DNA from: a virus
Taxonomy: Duplodnaviria; Caudoviricetes
DNA length: 56,959 nucleotides
Reading direction: 5' to 3' (one strand)
IMG/VR virus record: IMGVR_UViG_3300025875_000028
Coordinates: 1 to 56,959 of that record
Shown here: positions 46,604-55,029 of the stretch, one piece after another
How positions within the stretch are numbered: position 1 is the first letter of the stretch
Layout of the letters: each line of letters starts with the position of its first letter
Program-made: the position numbers and the translations under genes
The notes under the pieces: model-generated
Told to the model about the DNA's origin: nothing
The model's database searches: none
The model's input: the letters and a program-made list of their open reading frames with translations, nothing else

Positions 46604-46947
46604 GGTCGTCGTCCTCTCGATCCTGGGTGTGCTTCGGGCTGTCGTCGACCCCACGCACGCCGGGCAGCTTTCGCCGCTGCGGCCTCGCGCTGGGTCTTCT
46701 GGGTGTGGTGCCTCTTGCAGAGCAGCTGTCGCTTGCTGTGGTCGAGCCGGTCCCCCTTGTGGTCAACCTCCTCGCCGGCGTTCGGGCAGCGCATCCACTT
46801 CTGGGTGATGGCCGACCGAAACCGCTTCTCACACTGCCCGTTCGGGTGCTCCTTGGTCGCCGCGGCCTTCCGCGTCTCGGCGCAGAGCGCACGCCAGTTG
46901 GGCGGCAAGGTCTCCTGGCGGGTCGAGCCCTCCCACGGGCCGCTCAT
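46600..46947 (-). CDS. HNH endonuclease
   Basis: C...C...EVDHKGDRLDHS...LLCKRHHTQKT. Confidence 0.85.
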   Translation of the reverse strand: MSGPWEGSTRQETLPPNWRALCAETRKAAATKEHPNGQCEKRFRSAITQKWMRCPNAGEEVDHKGDRLDHSKRQLLCKRHHTQKTQREAAAAKAARRAWGRRQPEAHPGSRGRRP

Positions 46948-47023
46948 CGACCGGCCAGCCAGACCAGCAGTGGGTCGATGACCAGCTCGACGACGGCGTC
47001 ACGCACTGAGCGCAGGTCGATCA

Positions 47024-47488
47024 TCAGTACCGCTCCACCGGGGTGATCTCGGAGAACGGCCAGTCCTTGCCGTAGGGCAACACCGGCACGAACAGCTCGG
47101 TGACGCCGGCCAGCCCGTCGCGACTGGGGTGGGGGTCCCAGGTGATCGAGCCGTCCCAGCGGCCGACGACGACGTGCCCGAAGGCGCCGCGGGGACTCGG
47201 GCCGCCGACGAGCACGAGGCCGCCTTGCGGGCCCCACAGATCGAGCACCGCGGCGCGCTGGTCGATCTCGACGTAGACGAGGTCGAGGCCGCGGCGCTGC
47301 AGCCAGTCCCGCACCGCGCCCCACCACTCGGCCTGGGGCAGAGCAGCGAAGTGCGGGACGTCGTCAGGCCGGTCGCAACCGAGGAGGCTGGCCAGCGCGG
47401 TGCGGAAGCAGTCGCCCGGGACGCCGTTCTCGTCGTGGCCGTCGGTCCGGCCGGCGCCCTGGGTGTGCAGCTGGGTGAGCTCACGCAT
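47024..47488 (-). CDS. Putative papain-fold (Cys-His-Asp) protein
   Basis: GDCFRTALASLL...GHVVV...WDPHP. Confidence 0.55.
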   Translation of the reverse strand: MRELTQLHTQGAGRTDGHDENGVPGDCFRTALASLLGCDRPDDVPHFAALPQAEWWGAVRDWLQRRGLDLVYVEIDQRAAVLDLWGPQGGLVLVGGPSPRGAFGHVVVGRWDGSITWDPHPSRDGLAGVTELFVPVLPYGKDWPFSEITPVERY

Positions 47489-47678
47489 CGACGTCCTCCT
47501 GGGGTGCCGGCTGGACGGAGTGCCAGGCCCCGACGCCATAGGCGATGACCAAGTCGTCGTCGCTCTCCCACTTCTCGGTCGACCAGAACTTGAGCACGCC
47601 GAACTTCGTCGCCATCCGCTCAGCCTCGTGGACGACACCGCGGTCACCCGGGGTGATCCTGACCAGCCACCTCTTCAC
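47481..47678 (-). CDS. Hypothetical protein
   Basis: Coupled ORF with GGAGG RBS. Confidence 0.55.
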   Translation of the reverse strand: MKRWLVRITPGDRGVVHEAERMATKFGVLKFWSTEKWESDDDLVIAYGVGAWHSVQPAPQEDVDA

Positions 47679-48490
47679 GCCGTGCCCTCCTCGGGCTGGA
47701 TGGGGCAGATGTAGCCCCGGGTCGGGTCGGGGATGTGGTTGCCGAGTACCTGGCCACAGCCCTTGCAGTAGGCCTCCGGCGCAGTGATCTGCTCCTTGAG
47801 GTCGGACAGCTTGACGAGAGCGGTGGCCGGCGTGACCAGGAAGCTGTCGCTGTGCTCCCATGCCGCGGCCTCCTCGCGGGCCGTCGATCCCTCACCGAGC
47901 TCGCATCCGGGGCAGTCCAGCTTCTTGCAGCCCCGACACTTCGTGCGCTTGGTGACCATGACCGGCCCGTCGGGCGACCAGAGCCGGGACCAGCAGGCGA
48001 CGAGCCGCTGGCCACCGCGCTCCATCCGCACGGATACGGCCTCGACCTCGCGGTCGGGGTGGTAGGTCTCGGAGATGATCCAGCCGATCGAGTAGGCCAC
48101 CCGGACGTTCCAGCCGTGGTCCTCGGCGAGCTTGCGCACCGTGCGGGCGCCGGTCGGGATCTCGTCCTCCTGTGCCAGCCGTGCGAGCACGCGCGGCACG
48201 GGCAGCTCCTCCCGGTGGGAGTGCAGCCGCTTCGGCTTGGCCTCCCGGCCGTAGATGGCCTGGTACAGCTCGCGGGCGGCGCCGGCATCACCGAGCGCCG
48301 CGGTCATCTCCTCCACGGTCGCCCGGCGTGCGGGCGGACCCAGGATGGCGCCGTGCGGCACGATGCCGGTGACGTCGCCGGTGTGCAGCCAGGCGTTGTA
48401 GAGCAGCTTGCCCTTCTCCACCTTGAAGCGGCCGATCGGCCCGCCGCAAGATCCACAAAGGTACTGCGGGTCAGCCACGGTTGTCGTCAT
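47675..48490 (-). CDS. Hypothetical protein with several CxxC motifs
   Basis: AGGAGG RBS; CGSC, CRGC/CPGC, CKGC. Confidence 0.7.
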   Translation of the reverse strand: MTTTVADPQYLCGSCGGPIGRFKVEKGKLLYNAWLHTGDVTGIVPHGAILGPPARRATVEEMTAALGDAGAARELYQAIYGREAKPKRLHSHREELPVPRVLARLAQEDEIPTGARTVRKLAEDHGWNVRVAYSIGWIISETYHPDREVEAVSVRMERGGQRLVACWSRLWSPDGPVMVTKRTKCRGCKKLDCPGCELGEGSTAREEAAAWEHSDSFLVTPATALVKLSDLKEQITAPEAYCKGCGQVLGNHIPDPTRGYICPIQPEEGTA

Positions 48491-48629
48491 CTTCCAACCT
48501 CCTGACGATCTTCTTGAAGTCGTTGTCGACCGGGTCTCGGCCCATCCGATCCATCGCGGTGCCGACGAAGATGCCCAGGGCGATAGCCACGGCCAGCGCG
48601 AGCAGCCCCCAGGCCAGCACCTCCATCAT
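48471..48629 (-). CDS. Small membrane protein
   Basis: One TM segment; coupled ORF. Confidence 0.55.
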   Translation of the reverse strand: MMEVLAWGLLALAVAIALGIFVGTAMDRMGRDPVDNDFKKIVRRLEDDDNRG

Positions 48630-48922
48630 CGGGCGCCGCCTTCGAGCAGCACCGCGTAGTCGCACTTCCAGCCGACCCGGCACTTCGCGCAGATGACGTC
48701 CTCGGAGCCCGGTCGGCGGGGCATCGGGATGTGCTCGGTGCGCAGCTGGTCGAGCACGCGCAGCCCGAGCCCGACGTCGCCGTCGCGCAGTAGCAGCACC
48801 GCGGCGTCCTCGGCCCAGTGCGGGCCCGGCACGCTGCACCACACCCGCTGGATCAGGTCGGCCGCCCGGGTCTCCCGCTCGGGGAGCCAGTCCGGCCGGA
48901 CGACGGGCTCGGGTGCGCTCAC
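48626..48922 (-). CDS. Hypothetical protein
   Basis: Coupled ORF; H...CAKC...WKC. Confidence 0.6.
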   Translation of the reverse strand: MSAPEPVVRPDWLPERETRAADLIQRVWCSVPGPHWAEDAAVLLLRDGDVGLGLRVLDQLRTEHIPMPRRPGSEDVICAKCRVGWKCDYAVLLEGGAR

Positions 48923-49281
48923 CCCTCGGCCTGCAGCGGGATCTCGACGACGTCGAGCCCGAGGTAGTCGCGGACGTTGCGCTCGGTCACCCGGAACGAC
49001 CGGCCGATGCGCACGGAGGCGAGCGTGCCGTCGTGCAGCAGCCGGTAGACGGTCATCTTCGAGACCCGCATCATCGCCGCGATCTCGTTGACGGTGAGGA
49101 AGGTCGGGGGCTCCGGCTTCGGCCGCGGCGTGCCGGCCATCGGGTAGCTGCCGGGCTGGCCGTAGGGCCCCGACGGCGGGCGCTGGCCGATGTGTCGGGC
49201 GGCCGGGCGACTGGCGGGGACGCCGGTCGAGGGGTCGGCCTCGCGGGCGGCGCGGTCTCGGGCGGGGGTGGGTCGGGTCAC
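48919..49281 (-). CDS. Excisionase/MerR-like HTH protein
   Basis: FLTVNEIAAMMRVSKMTVYRLLHDG...VRIGRSFRV. Confidence 0.85.
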   Translation of the reverse strand: MTRPTPARDRAAREADPSTGVPASRPAARHIGQRPPSGPYGQPGSYPMAGTPRPKPEPPTFLTVNEIAAMMRVSKMTVYRLLHDGTLASVRIGRSFRVTERNVRDYLGLDVVEIPLQAEG

Positions 49282-49670
49282 GAGTCCTCCTGGGTGATGT
49301 CGTGGTCGAGCAGGCCGGCGATGATGACGTCGGCGTCGGATCGGTGGCAGATCGCGACGTTGCGGAGCCTCGCGGTGTCCCTGACGTAGACCCAGCCCTT
49401 CGGGGTGTCGGGCAGGTCGTCGGCGTCGACGACGACGTAGCGACCCTGGGTCTGGCGCTCGACGAGGACGACCTGGCGCAACAGCTCGAGATGGTCGAGC
49501 CGCATGGCCTGGTCGCCGTCGGGGCCCTCGGGGTATTCGGCGCGGTCCGAGCTCTGGATCAGCGTGTTCGTGCTGTCGTAGACGTTGTGCCCGTCGGCCT
49601 CGTTGGGCAGCGACTTGCCGCCGTAGGCCCGCAGCTGGGCGGCGAGCAAGCTGGCCGCGCGGGCGGTCAT
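49278..49670 (-). CDS. Hypothetical protein
   Basis: Coupled ORF. Confidence 0.6.
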   Translation of the reverse strand: MTARAASLLAAQLRAYGGKSLPNEADGHNVYDSTNTLIQSSDRAEYPEGPDGDQAMRLDHLELLRQVVLVERQTQGRYVVVDADDLPDTPKGWVYVRDTARLRNVAICHRSDADVIIAGLLDHDITQEDS

Positions 49671-49942
49671 CGACGCCCGTCCTTCGGGAGCCGGCCGCCC
49701 CAGCGGTCCCACTGGGCGTCCCAGCGCTCCTGGCTGGCCGACTGCACCAGGCGCAGGTCCGCGCGGCGCCGGTGGTCGGCGGCGATCCGGCGGCTGCGCC
49801 TCGCGGTGGCGAGTGCCCCGACGGCCGAGATGATGAAGCCGGCGCCGGCGCTGGCCGTGCCGACGACGACGGCGAGCAGCACGGTGGCACTGGCCCGCAT
49901 GAAGGCCTGGGCAGCCTGCGCCCGGGTGCGGCGGTCGGTCAT
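49667..49942 (-). CDS. Membrane protein
   Basis: GGAGG RBS; hydrophobic segment. Confidence 0.55.
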   Translation of the reverse strand: MTDRRTRAQAAQAFMRASATVLLAVVVGTASAGAGFIISAVGALATARRSRRIAADHRRRADLRLVQSASQERWDAQWDRWGGRLPKDGRR

Positions 49943-50259
49943 CGTCGTGCCTCCTGTCCAGTGATGAAGCGGATGGTGTCGTCGTCCCGGTCCACGCGGG
50001 GCAGGCCCGTGATGAAGCGGTAGGCGACGGGGAAGTCGGCGCTGGTGGTGCGGGCCCGGAACGTCGGGATGGTGCCCTCGGCGTAGGCCGGCGGCCGGAG
50101 CAGCTCCGTGCGCATCCGGGTCACCCGGGCGCCGGTGTGCGGCTCGGTCACGGTGCACTGGTTGGGCAGGACGCGGCTGATCGTCAGCCAGTCCAGCCGG
50201 GGGTGCTCGGGGCTGAGCAGGTCGAGCCCGACGTCGTCGGGGTCGGCGTGGCGTGCCAT
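49939..50259 (-). CDS. Hypothetical protein
   Basis: GGGAG RBS; first gene after the promoter. Confidence 0.65.
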   Translation of the reverse strand: MARHADPDDVGLDLLSPEHPRLDWLTISRVLPNQCTVTEPHTGARVTRMRTELLRPPAYAEGTIPTFRARTTSADFPVAYRFITGLPRVDRDDDTIRFITGQEARR

Positions 50260-50291
50260 TGGTGCTCCCAGTGTGGTCGGTGGGACTTGCG

Positions 50292-50320
50292 AGCATGGTG
50301 GTTGATGAGGGAGTTGTCAA
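50292..50320 (-). promoter_or_regulatory. Promoter
   Basis: TTGACA-17 nt-CATGCT. Confidence 0.7.
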
Positions 50321-50353
50321 CTCCCGGCCGGCGGGGCTGCCGCCGGCCGGGAG
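50321..50353 (-). terminator. Hairpin ending the element array operon
   Basis: 14-bp perfect stem CTCCCGGCCGGCGG/CCGCCGGCCGGGAG. Confidence 0.7.
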
Positions 50354-50362
50354 GACTCGAGG

Positions 50363-50533
50363 TCAGGCGGGCGGGACGGCGACGCGGTCCCAGCCGCGGA
50401 AGTAGCCGCGCCAGACCCAGACGCCGGACTGCCCGTCGATCCAGAGGTCGCCCTTGGTGATGTGGCGCCGCTTCACCTTCGGCGGCGTCGCCCCGGCGAA
50501 GACGGTGCCGCGGCGCTTGCGACCGATGCGCAT
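50363..50533 (-). CDS. Small basic protein
   Basis: TGATG coupling; GDLWIDG motif. Confidence 0.55.
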   Translation of the reverse strand: MRIGRKRRGTVFAGATPPKVKRRHITKGDLWIDGQSGVWVWRGYFRGWDRVAVPPA

Positions 50534-50874
50534 CAGGCGATCTCGACGTGCTTCGGGTTGCCGCTGGCGAGCTTGTCCAGCAGAGCGGCCAGCGGGCTCT
50601 TCGTGCGCAGCCCGATCCAGCGCTTCATCGACACCGGGTGCTGGTCGATCGTCCGGTTGGCGCTGGCCACCAGCTGCTCGACGGCGGCCTCGGGGCCCCG
50701 GCGGAAGATGCCCGGCCGCAGCTCGATGGCGATGGTCGTCTTGGTCGTGGTGACGACCTTGCTGCCGTCGAGCTTCTCGGCGGCGGTGAGCACCGGGAAG
50801 AGCTGGGCGAACGCGGCGACCTGGGTCTCGGTGAGGTTGCGCAGCTTGAGGGTGGGGACGGCGGTGGTGGTCAT
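50533..50874 (-). CDS. Hypothetical protein, array cassette
   Basis: GAGAGGAG RBS from the element tail. Confidence 0.8.
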   Translation of the reverse strand: MTTTAVPTLKLRNLTETQVAAFAQLFPVLTAAEKLDGSKVVTTTKTTIAIELRPGIFRRGPEAAVEQLVASANRTIDQHPVSMKRWIGLRTKSPLAALLDKLASGNPKHVEIA

Positions 50875-50914
50875 GGCGTGCTCCTCTCGTGCGGGCCGCT
50901 GATCGGCCCGTCGT

Positions 50915-50954
50915 GCCCGCCGGGGACTCGAACCCCGGTGTGTGCCGCTCGGGC
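50915..50954 (-). ncRNA. tRNA-like element, class III
   Basis: GCCCG-AGCGGCACACA-CCGGGG-TTCGAGT-CCCCGG-CGGGC-ACGA. Confidence 0.8.
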
Positions 50955-50961
50955 GGTGGTG

Positions 50962-51150
50962 CTAGGCCAGCGCCTTGAGCAACTGGCCGACCAGCTCGTT
51001 CGCGTGCTCGGTGCACTGGAAGTCGGCCGACGCCGGAGCGGTGCCGGCGTCCCAGTGGATCGAGGTCACCATGCCGCGGGCGCGTGTCTTCGTGGTGCGC
51101 ACTCCGACCGTGGCCTCTCGCTCGCAGCCGGGCTTGTTGCAGCCGGCCAT
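50962..51150 (-). CDS. Small Zn-binding protein
   Basis: CNKPGC...CTEH; TGATG coupling. Confidence 0.65.
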   Translation of the reverse strand: MAGCNKPGCEREATVGVRTTKTRARGMVTSIHWDAGTAPASADFQCTEHANELVGQLLKALA

Positions 51151-51275
51151 CAGAGCTTGATGTCCTGCTCGCGGAGCGCGATGCGCAGGGCGCCGGAACG
51201 GGTGGCCGCGCGGCGGGTGACCCGGGTGTCGGGGTCGCGCGGGGACAGCGGGATGGTGCGGACAGTGCGGGCCAT
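51150..51275 (-). CDS. 41-aa basic peptide, array cassette
   Basis: ATG after the element RBS. Confidence 0.65.
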   Translation of the reverse strand: MARTVRTIPLSPRDPDTRVTRRAATRSGALRIALREQDIKL

Positions 51276-51318
51276 GACGATTCCTCTCTCGTGCGGGGCG
51301 CGGTGTGCGCCCCGTCGT

Positions 51319-51358
51319 GCCCGCCGGGGACTCGAACCCCGGTGTGTGCCGCTCGGGC
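51319..51358 (-). ncRNA. tRNA-like element, class III
   Basis: Core identical to 50915-50954. Confidence 0.8.
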
Positions 51359-51364
51359 GGGTGG

Positions 51365-51955
51365 TCAGCGGGTGCGGCGCCGGCCCAGCATCAGCGCCGC
51401 GACGCCGAGGAGGACCAGAGCGCTGCCGCCGATCAGCAGTGCCGTGCTGTGCTCCGTGCCGGTGTAGGCCAGCTCGGCGACGGGCTCGCTGGCCACCGGG
51501 CGGGCGACGGGCCGCGGCGTCGCGACCGGCGTCGGCGCCGCGGGGACGACCACCGGGGCGACCGCGACCGGCTCGGTGACGGTGATCGTGCCCGGCATCT
51601 CGTGCTCGGCCGGCGGCTGCTCGATGACGACTGGCTCGTCGATCACCACGGGCTCCTCGGTGACGGGCTCCTCCTCGACCGGCGGCAGCTCGGGCTCGGG
51701 GTCCGGCACGATGACGATGGGCGGCGGGCAGACCAGCTCGCCCTCGGTGATGGTGCCGATCTGCCCGTCCGGGCAGTCGACCTGCCCGGCCTCGTGCTCG
51801 TCGGGGCCCTGCGGCTCCAACTCCGGGTGCTCGGGGTCGAGCACGTCGTAGCACTCGATGTCCTGCTGCAGACAGACGTCCTCGGTCGCGCTCGCGGCGG
51901 CCGGGGCGATGAGGATGCTGGCGATGGCGACCAGCAGCCCGATGAGGATGCGCAT
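51365..51955 (-). CDS. Secreted, sortase-anchored (LAxTG) surface protein
   Basis: N-terminal signal peptide ending AAASA; Pro/Glu-rich stalk; LAYTG + TM + RRRTR tail. Confidence 0.85.
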   Translation of the reverse strand: MRILIGLLVAIASILIAPAAASATEDVCLQQDIECYDVLDPEHPELEPQGPDEHEAGQVDCPDGQIGTITEGELVCPPPIVIVPDPEPELPPVEEEPVTEEPVVIDEPVVIEQPPAEHEMPGTITVTEPVAVAPVVVPAAPTPVATPRPVARPVASEPVAELAYTGTEHSTALLIGGSALVLLGVAALMLGRRRTR

Positions 51956-51995
51956 GTGGTGCTCCCTTCTGGGTCGGCGCACGGTGCGCCGTCGT

Positions 51996-52035
51996 GCCCG
52001 CCGAGGACTCGAACCCCGGTGTGTGCCGCTCGGGC
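51996..52035 (-). ncRNA. tRNA-like element, class III with a G-U pair
   Basis: T-stem CCGGGG/CCTCGG pairs fully only on the minus strand (G-U). Confidence 0.8.
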
Positions 52036-52042
52036 GGTGTTA

Positions 52043-52672
52043 CTACATCGCGATGAGGTAGCTGTCCTCGCCGCGGTGGACAGCGAGGTTCCCGTCGTAC
52101 CGGATGTAGGCAACCATCTCGTCGTCGTCGTACCGGCGCGCCGGGTGGCCGGCGACCGCGACGGTCACCGCGGCCTCGAAGGTGTCGGCCCACCCCAGGT
52201 CGTCACCGTTCACCGTGCCGATCGCGTTGTCGGCGTGCTCACGGGAGCACGGCATGACGACGTACTCGCCGCCGATGCCGGTGACCACCCAGGCACGGTC
52301 CGGGCTCGACGTCGTCGGCATCGTGATCCGCGGGCCGACCTCCTGCGCCGCAGTGTGCCCGACCTCGATGACGCAACCCTCGGAGTTGCACGGCGCCCCG
52401 CACTCGTCGCAGCGACCGTGCTCGGTCATCGACGCGGCCTCCTCGATGGCGTCCAGGTGACCGAGCGCCGCGACGAGGGAGTCGGCCAGCTCGAACGCCA
52501 TGTCCGCGACGTTGTCGCCGCGCAGTTGGTCGCGGAGCTTGCCGGCCTGCACTGCCGTCTCGTGGTCGTGGGTCTTGGTGATCGTCTCGGTGAGCTTGGT
52601 CAGCCGCTCACGGAGGTCGGCGAGGGTGGCCAGTCGAGAGTCGGCCAGCGCTCGGTCGAAGGTGGTGGTCAT
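52043..52672 (-). CDS. Hypothetical protein, array cassette
   Basis: ATG after the element RBS; CDECGAPC motif. Confidence 0.75.
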   Translation of the reverse strand: MTTTFDRALADSRLATLADLRERLTKLTETITKTHDHETAVQAGKLRDQLRGDNVADMAFELADSLVAALGHLDAIEEAASMTEHGRCDECGAPCNSEGCVIEVGHTAAQEVGPRITMPTTSSPDRAWVVTGIGGEYVVMPCSREHADNAIGTVNGDDLGWADTFEAAVTVAVAGHPARRYDDDEMVAYIRYDGNLAVHRGEDSYLIAM

Positions 52673-52707
52673 GATGTCCTCTCTGTCGGCGCACGGTGCG
52701 CCGTCGT

Positions 52708-52747
52708 GCCCGCCGGGGACTCGAACCCCGGTGTATGCCGCTCGGGC
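52708..52747 (-). ncRNA. tRNA-like element, class III
   Basis: Same stems; linker AGCGGCATACA. Confidence 0.8.
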
Positions 52748-52755
52748 GATCGTGC

Positions 52756-53349
52756 CTACTGCCACTCGTCGATCTCGGGGACCGCCCAGTAGTGCATCTT
52801 CGAGCAGTTGACCTCTTCGTCGCCGCCACCGTCGTCGCCACCCTTGGACGGGCCGGCGATCCACTCGCCGTCGCGGGTGTAGAGGTAGCGCACCACCGGC
52901 TCCTTGTCCCAGAGCATCAGGTCGCCGCCGCACACCTCGCCCGGCACCGGCACGGTCTCCTCGTAGATGTTGGCGTCGTCGCCGTGCATCTCCCGCATCT
53001 GGGCGACGTAGTCGGCGTTCCTCTTGCGCACCGCCTGGGCGTCGGCCTCGGTGTAGACGTAGGGGCAGGTCGCCGCCTCCTCGTCGTCGTCCGCGACCGG
53101 CTCGGGCAGCTCGGGCAGGGCCGGCTCGGTCGGCACCAACCCCGGGTGCGCGGCGTCCAGCTTGGCCAGCGCCGCGGTGAGCAGCTTGCGCACCTGCCGC
53201 GGCGTGCCCTCGATGACGACGGCGTCGTCGCCACCGAAGACCAGACCGACGCTGCCGGTGCTGATCAGGTCGTCCCCGGCTGTCTCGCCCTCGCCCAGCA
53301 CCTCGGTGGAGGTGTAACGCGCGTCCATGCCGATCCAGCTGATACCCAT
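52756..53349 (-). CDS. Hypothetical acidic protein, array cassette
   Basis: ATG after the element RBS. Confidence 0.8.
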   Translation of the reverse strand: MGISWIGMDARYTSTEVLGEGETAGDDLISTGSVGLVFGGDDAVVIEGTPRQVRKLLTAALAKLDAAHPGLVPTEPALPELPEPVADDDEEAATCPYVYTEADAQAVRKRNADYVAQMREMHGDDANIYEETVPVPGEVCGGDLMLWDKEPVVRYLYTRDGEWIAGPSKGGDDGGGDEEVNCSKMHYWAVPEIDEWQ

Positions 53350-53384
53350 GATGTCCTCTCTGTCGGCGCACGGTGCGCCGTCGT

Positions 53385-53424
53385 GGGTGCCGAGGGCTCG
53401 AACCTCGGTGCCTGCCTGTCACCC
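53385..53424 (-). ncRNA. tRNA-like element, class II
   Basis: GGGTG-ACAGGCAGGCA-CCGAGG-TTCGAGC-CCTCGG-CACCC-ACGA. Confidence 0.8.
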
Positions 53425-53431
53425 TAGCCGC

Positions 53432-53671
53432 TCAGGAGAGCGACGGGTCGTCCCACGACACGACGTGGATGCTGTCGACCCTCACCCAGTGCGCGTCGTT
53501 GGGGTTCTCCCCGCCCGACGGCGTCGACCAGACGATGAGCCAGTCGTCACCGCCGTTCGTCTCGAAGTCGACGTCGACGTAGCCGGCGACGTGCCCGGTC
53601 GTCGTACGGAACCGGAGCATCTCCGGCTGGCCGGCGGCGTCGCTGACGATGGGCGGCAGGTTCTTGGGCAT
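53432..53671 (-). CDS. Hypothetical protein, array cassette
   Basis: ATG after the element RBS; 79 aa. Confidence 0.8.
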   Translation of the reverse strand: MPKNLPPIVSDAAGQPEMLRFRTTTGHVAGYVDVDFETNGGDDWLIVWSTPSGGENPNDAHWVRVDSIHVVSWDDPSLS

Positions 53672-53706
53672 GGTGTCCTCTCTGTCGGCGCACGGTGCGC
53701 CGTCGT

Positions 53707-53746
53707 GGGTGCCGAGGGCTCGAACCTCGGTGCCTGCCTGTCACCC
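53707..53746 (-). ncRNA. tRNA-like element, class II
   Basis: Core identical to 53385-53424. Confidence 0.8.
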
Positions 53747-54001
53747 CTTGGCTGCTGCGTAGCGCCTTCCCGCCGTCCGCGGGTCGACACCCAGCCGTTC
53801 GCCGATCTCGGCGAAGCTCAACCCCTCCTCGTCGCGCAGCCGCACGACCGCGGCCACGTCCGTGGTGCGCGGCCGGCCCGGCGCCCGCCTCTCGGGGAGA
53901 CGGGCGCGGACCGTGTTGACCGCGACCCCCAGGTCATCCGCGATGGCGCGCAACGGCTCGCCGGCCGCGTAGCGCTCCCTGACCGCCTCGGTGTCGATCA
54001 C
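53741..54001 (-). CDS. Double helix-turn-helix protein
   Basis: LRAIADDLGVAVNTVRARL and LSFAEIGERLGVDPRTAGR. Confidence 0.75.
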   Translation of the reverse strand: MIDTEAVRERYAAGEPLRAIADDLGVAVNTVRARLPERRAPGRPRTTDVAAVVRLRDEEGLSFAEIGERLGVDPRTAGRRYAAAKG

Positions 54002-54003
54002 GA

Positions 54004-54630
54004 TCAAGCAGGGTAGTCGAGACGCGGCACGCGCGCCCCGTTCTGGTCGACGTCGACGTAGACGCTCGCGTCCTCGGTGCCCAGCCGGTCGGCCAGCTCG
54101 GTCAGCAGCTTGCCGGTGGCCACCTTGTAGCCGCGGTCCCAGAACCCGGTCCCGTGGTGCCGCATGGTCAGCCACAGGTCGTGACCGGCTTGCTGGGGGT
54201 CCTCGTGCACGATGCGGCGCGCGTCGGCCTGCACACCCTGGCCGGTGACGTGCGGGACCGGCTCCAACTCGGTGAGGAACGCGCGGATCATCGCGCGGAC
54301 CTTGGCCCAGGTCTCGAAGTCGGCGGTGACGTCGTCGGCGGTGAACGCGCTGGTGTCGACGTCCTCGCCGTTCTCGTCGTGCGCGTCGGCCCAGAGCGCG
54401 GCGGTCACGAAGCTCTGCAGGATGGCGACCTCGGTCTCCGTGGCGTCGATGACGGCGGGGCGGGTCATGGCGCCGTGCTCGGGCACGCCGGCGGGCTCCA
54501 GCAGCTCGACGTCACCCGGGGCGATGTGTCCGGCCAGGTTCTGCAGCTCGGTCAGCTCGCCGTAGCTGATCGACTGCGCGCGGAGCGCGGTGCGGATCGC
54601 GTCCAGCCGGGCGGTGATCTCGGTGGTCAT
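54004..54630 (-). CDS. Hypothetical two-module protein, array cassette
   Basis: ATG after the element RBS; AGHDLWLTMRHHGTGFWDR motif. Confidence 0.8.
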   Translation of the reverse strand: MTTEITARLDAIRTALRAQSISYGELTELQNLAGHIAPGDVELLEPAGVPEHGAMTRPAVIDATETEVAILQSFVTAALWADAHDENGEDVDTSAFTADDVTADFETWAKVRAMIRAFLTELEPVPHVTGQGVQADARRIVHEDPQQAGHDLWLTMRHHGTGFWDRGYKVATGKLLTELADRLGTEDASVYVDVDQNGARVPRLDYPA

Positions 54631-54665
54631 GGTGTCCTCTCTGTCGACGCACGGTGCGTCGTCGT

Positions 54666-54705
54666 GGGTGCCGAGGGCTCGAACCTCGGTGCCTGCCTGT
54701 CACCC
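54666..54705 (-). ncRNA. tRNA-like element, class II
   Basis: Class II core; downstream hairpin covaries (GACGCA/TGCGTC). Confidence 0.8.
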
Positions 54706-54712
54706 TGGTCGA

Positions 54713-54940
54713 TCAGGAGAGCGGGCGGTTCGGGTCGGGGTCACCCAGGCGCGTGTCCCAGGCGTCACCCGGGATGCGGCGCGCCCAGACGGCCAGCTGA
54801 GCGATCAGGTCCGCGGCCGGCGCGGCGCTCTCGTCCTGCCACCACATCTCACCGTCGGCGATCTGCTCGGCCAGGTTGCCCAGTGTGTCGATCACGCTGC
54901 TGGCCAACCGCTGCTGCTGCTCACGGGACAGGCGTGCCAT
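54713..54940 (-). CDS. Hypothetical protein, array cassette
   Basis: ATG after the element RBS; 75 aa. Confidence 0.75.
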   Translation of the reverse strand: MARLSREQQQRLASSVIDTLGNLAEQIADGEMWWQDESAAPAADLIAQLAVWARRIPGDAWDTRLGDPDPNRPLS

Positions 54941-54981
54941 TTCGGGTGTCCTCTCTCTGTCGGCGCACGGTGCGCCGTCGT

Positions 54982-55021
54982 GGGTGCCGAGGGCTCGAAC
55001 CTCGGTGCCTGCCAGTCACCC
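54982..55021 (-). ncRNA. tRNA-like element, class II
   Basis: Class II core; linker ACTGGCAGGCA. Confidence 0.8.
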
Positions 55022-55029
55022 TGTCGTGC

